A stretch of DNA of 44,682 bases from the sequence record PX123008.1. The stretch is one strand, 5' to 3'. This DNA comes from a phage. Positions 43,235 through 44,682 of this stretch are shown here, piece by piece. Every line of letters begins with the position of its first letter. The first letter of the stretch is position 1. The notes below the pieces were generated by a model. That model had not been told where the DNA came from. It ran no database searches and was given only the letters and a program-made list of their open reading frames with translations. A program made the position numbers and the translations under genes.

Positions 43235-44377
43235 ATGCACCCGCAAACTAAAATCACCGACGAGCAATTGATTGCTGAATTACAATCCGGCGCTACATCG
43301 AAAGAGATTTCTAAGAAGTACGGTTTATCCCTACGAAACGTCTACATGCGCAAAGCACGCCTGTCGAAAAAGGGGATCGGGCACGGTAATGATGCCGTAA
43401 TCCGTAAGCGCGTTGCCGATGGCTTCGGCGTTAAGCGCGTATCCGCCCTGGTGCGCGGCAATGGTGAAGAGGTCATGTCGTGGGTCATCACCGAGCAGGA
43501 CAAGGAGCGCCAGCTTGAAGCAATGCGCGCCGTTGTCGAGGGCATGAACAGCGAAATCACACCGGCAGCACCCGTAAGCGCCCCGCCTATCCCGATCCAG
43601 GCACTTGACCTACTCAACCTGTACACCGTGTCAGACTTCCACCTGGGCATGTTGGCCTGGGGCGAGGAGACTGGCGAAGACTGGGATATGGCGATTGCCG
43701 AAGACCTGTTCTACCGCTGGTTTGTCGAAGCCTTCGCACGCGCACCGGACGCAGGCACTGCCGTAATTAATATTCTCGGTGATATGGCGCACTTTGATAG
43801 CCTCGATGCCGTCACCCCAGCCAGCGGGCACGTACTGGACGCGGATACTCGCTACCAGAAGCTGGTCCGCTACATGATTCGCATGGTGCGCAACGTGGTA
43901 GACCTGGCGCTGCAAAAACACCACAAAGTCAAACTGCTAATCGTCCAGGGTAATCATGACGAATCGGGTATGATTTGGCTTGCTGAGATGTTCAATACTC
44001 TGTACGAGAACGAGCCGCGCGTCGAGGTGGACACATCCCCGGATGTGTACAAAATGGTGCAGCACGGTAAAACAACGCTGTTCTTCCACCACGGGCACAA
44101 AGCACGTTTTGACGCTATTGAAACCGTCATGATTTCCAAATTCAGACAGGCTTTCGGGGCCAGCGAGTACAGCTACGCGCATGTAGGCCACTTGCACCAC
44201 CAGAAGATTGTAGAATCCCGCAACATGATTGTTGAACAACACCGGACCCTCGCAGCGAAGGACGCCTATGCCAGCCGCGGCGGTTGGATGTCCGGTCGTA
44301 GCGCCAACGTCATCACCTATAGCGCCAACTACGGCGAAGTAGCGCGCTTAACCATTAGCCCGGAAATGTTGAAATGA
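43235..44377 (+). CDS. metallophosphoesterase (calcineurin-like) with N-terminal HTH-like segment
   Basis: 380 aa, AGGAAG RBS; motifs SDFHLG, GDMAHFD, QGNHDE, HHGH, GHLHH; N-terminal SKEISKKYGLSLRNVYMRKARL. Confidence 0.6.
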   Translation: MHPQTKITDEQLIAELQSGATSKEISKKYGLSLRNVYMRKARLSKKGIGHGNDAVIRKRVADGFGVKRVSALVRGNGEEVMSWVITEQDKERQLEAMRAVVEGMNSEITPAAPVSAPPIPIQALDLLNLYTVSDFHLGMLAWGEETGEDWDMAIAEDLFYRWFVEAFARAPDAGTAVINILGDMAHFDSLDAVTPASGHVLDADTRYQKLVRYMIRMVRNVVDLALQKHHKVKLLIVQGNHDESGMIWLAEMFNTLYENEPRVEVDTSPDVYKMVQHGKTTLFFHHGHKARFDAIETVMISKFRQAFGASEYSYAHVGHLHHQKIVESRNMIVEQHRTLAAKDAYASRGGWMSGRSANVITYSANYGEVARLTISPEMLK

Positions 44378-44586
44378 TTAGACAAGTATTCATGAGCACG
44401 CAGGCGGACCGCCTGAAGGAACTACGCAAGCAACTCGAAGGCTTGCGCCGATTCGAACGAACGGCAGCGGCGATAGGCATGTCTATCAGCGAGAGGATCG
44501 AGATACTGACTCAAATACGCTACACAGAAGGCGCCATAAGCGAAGTAGAAAGCATGTTAACCCGATACTACGGGCGCGCCGTTTAA
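44374..44586 (+). CDS. hypothetical protein
   Basis: 70 aa, ATGA overlap; followed by a terminator. Confidence 0.45.
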   Translation: MIRQVFMSTQADRLKELRKQLEGLRRFERTAAAIGMSISERIEILTQIRYTEGAISEVESMLTRYYGRAV

Positions 44587-44593
44587 CCCTCCT

Positions 44594-44619
44594 AGCCCAC
44601 CGATTTGGTGGGCTTTTTT
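44594..44619 (+). terminator. rho-independent terminator
   Basis: GCCCACC-gattt-GGTGGGC followed by TTTTTT. Confidence 0.65.
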
Positions 44620-44682
44620 GTGCCTGTTATAATCCCCTTAGATGGCAGGGCCGTCTCTTATGTTGCCGATGGTCGGCGCATA

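Noticed and set aside
1-44682. Prophage or temperate lifestyle (integrase, CI-like repressor, attachment site)
   Set aside because: No tyrosine or serine recombinase-like ORF, no repressor/Cro pair and no host flanking genes were recognised; gene content is consistent with a virulent phage.

Overview
The window reads as a complete or near-complete ~44.7-kb genome of a virulent tailed phage with a lambda-like siphovirus tail, given linearised at the small terminase gene. I worked only from the sequence and the ORF track; all homology calls are from memory and no searches were run. Layout: (1) plus-strand head module 21..8439 (TerS, TerL, portal, MuF-like head morphogenesis protein, scaffold, major capsid), interrupted by an overlapping spanin pair and a minus-strand moron island at 5026..6393; (2) plus-strand neck and tail module 8498..23925 (major tail protein, G/GT-like chaperone with a -1 slippery site, tape measure, M/L/K/I/J-like tip proteins, tail fibre); (3) minus-strand early/replication block 23989..36102 (Dam-like and C5-like methyltransferases, SNF2 helicase, VRR-NUC, family A DNA polymerase, gp2.5-like SSB, Cas4-like exonuclease); (4) plus-strand HTH protein, primase-helicase, small early genes and a lysis cassette (two holin-like proteins, GH24 endolysin). 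No integrase, repressor, tRNA or CRISPR array was seen. Size and gene content are compatible with HK578-like (Dhillonvirus-type) enterobacterial phages, but this is unverified. Most notable observations: a perfect 55-bp tandem duplication that frameshifts the gpK-like tail gene; a truncated beta sliding-clamp (DnaN domain II-III) homologue in the head-module island; two copies of a non-coding GCGGGACA iteron element ending in a conserved long hairpin; a recurrent TGCAACCAAT motif embedded in sigma70-like promoters and 5' leaders; an (AT)5 tract exactly at the junction of two ORFs; a candidate small RNA between the divergent early promoters; and charged tandem-repeat tails on the SSB and on the first early gene product. 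Many antisense ORFs in the supplied track are shadow ORFs and were not annotated; several track starts are GTG/TTG and were re-assigned.
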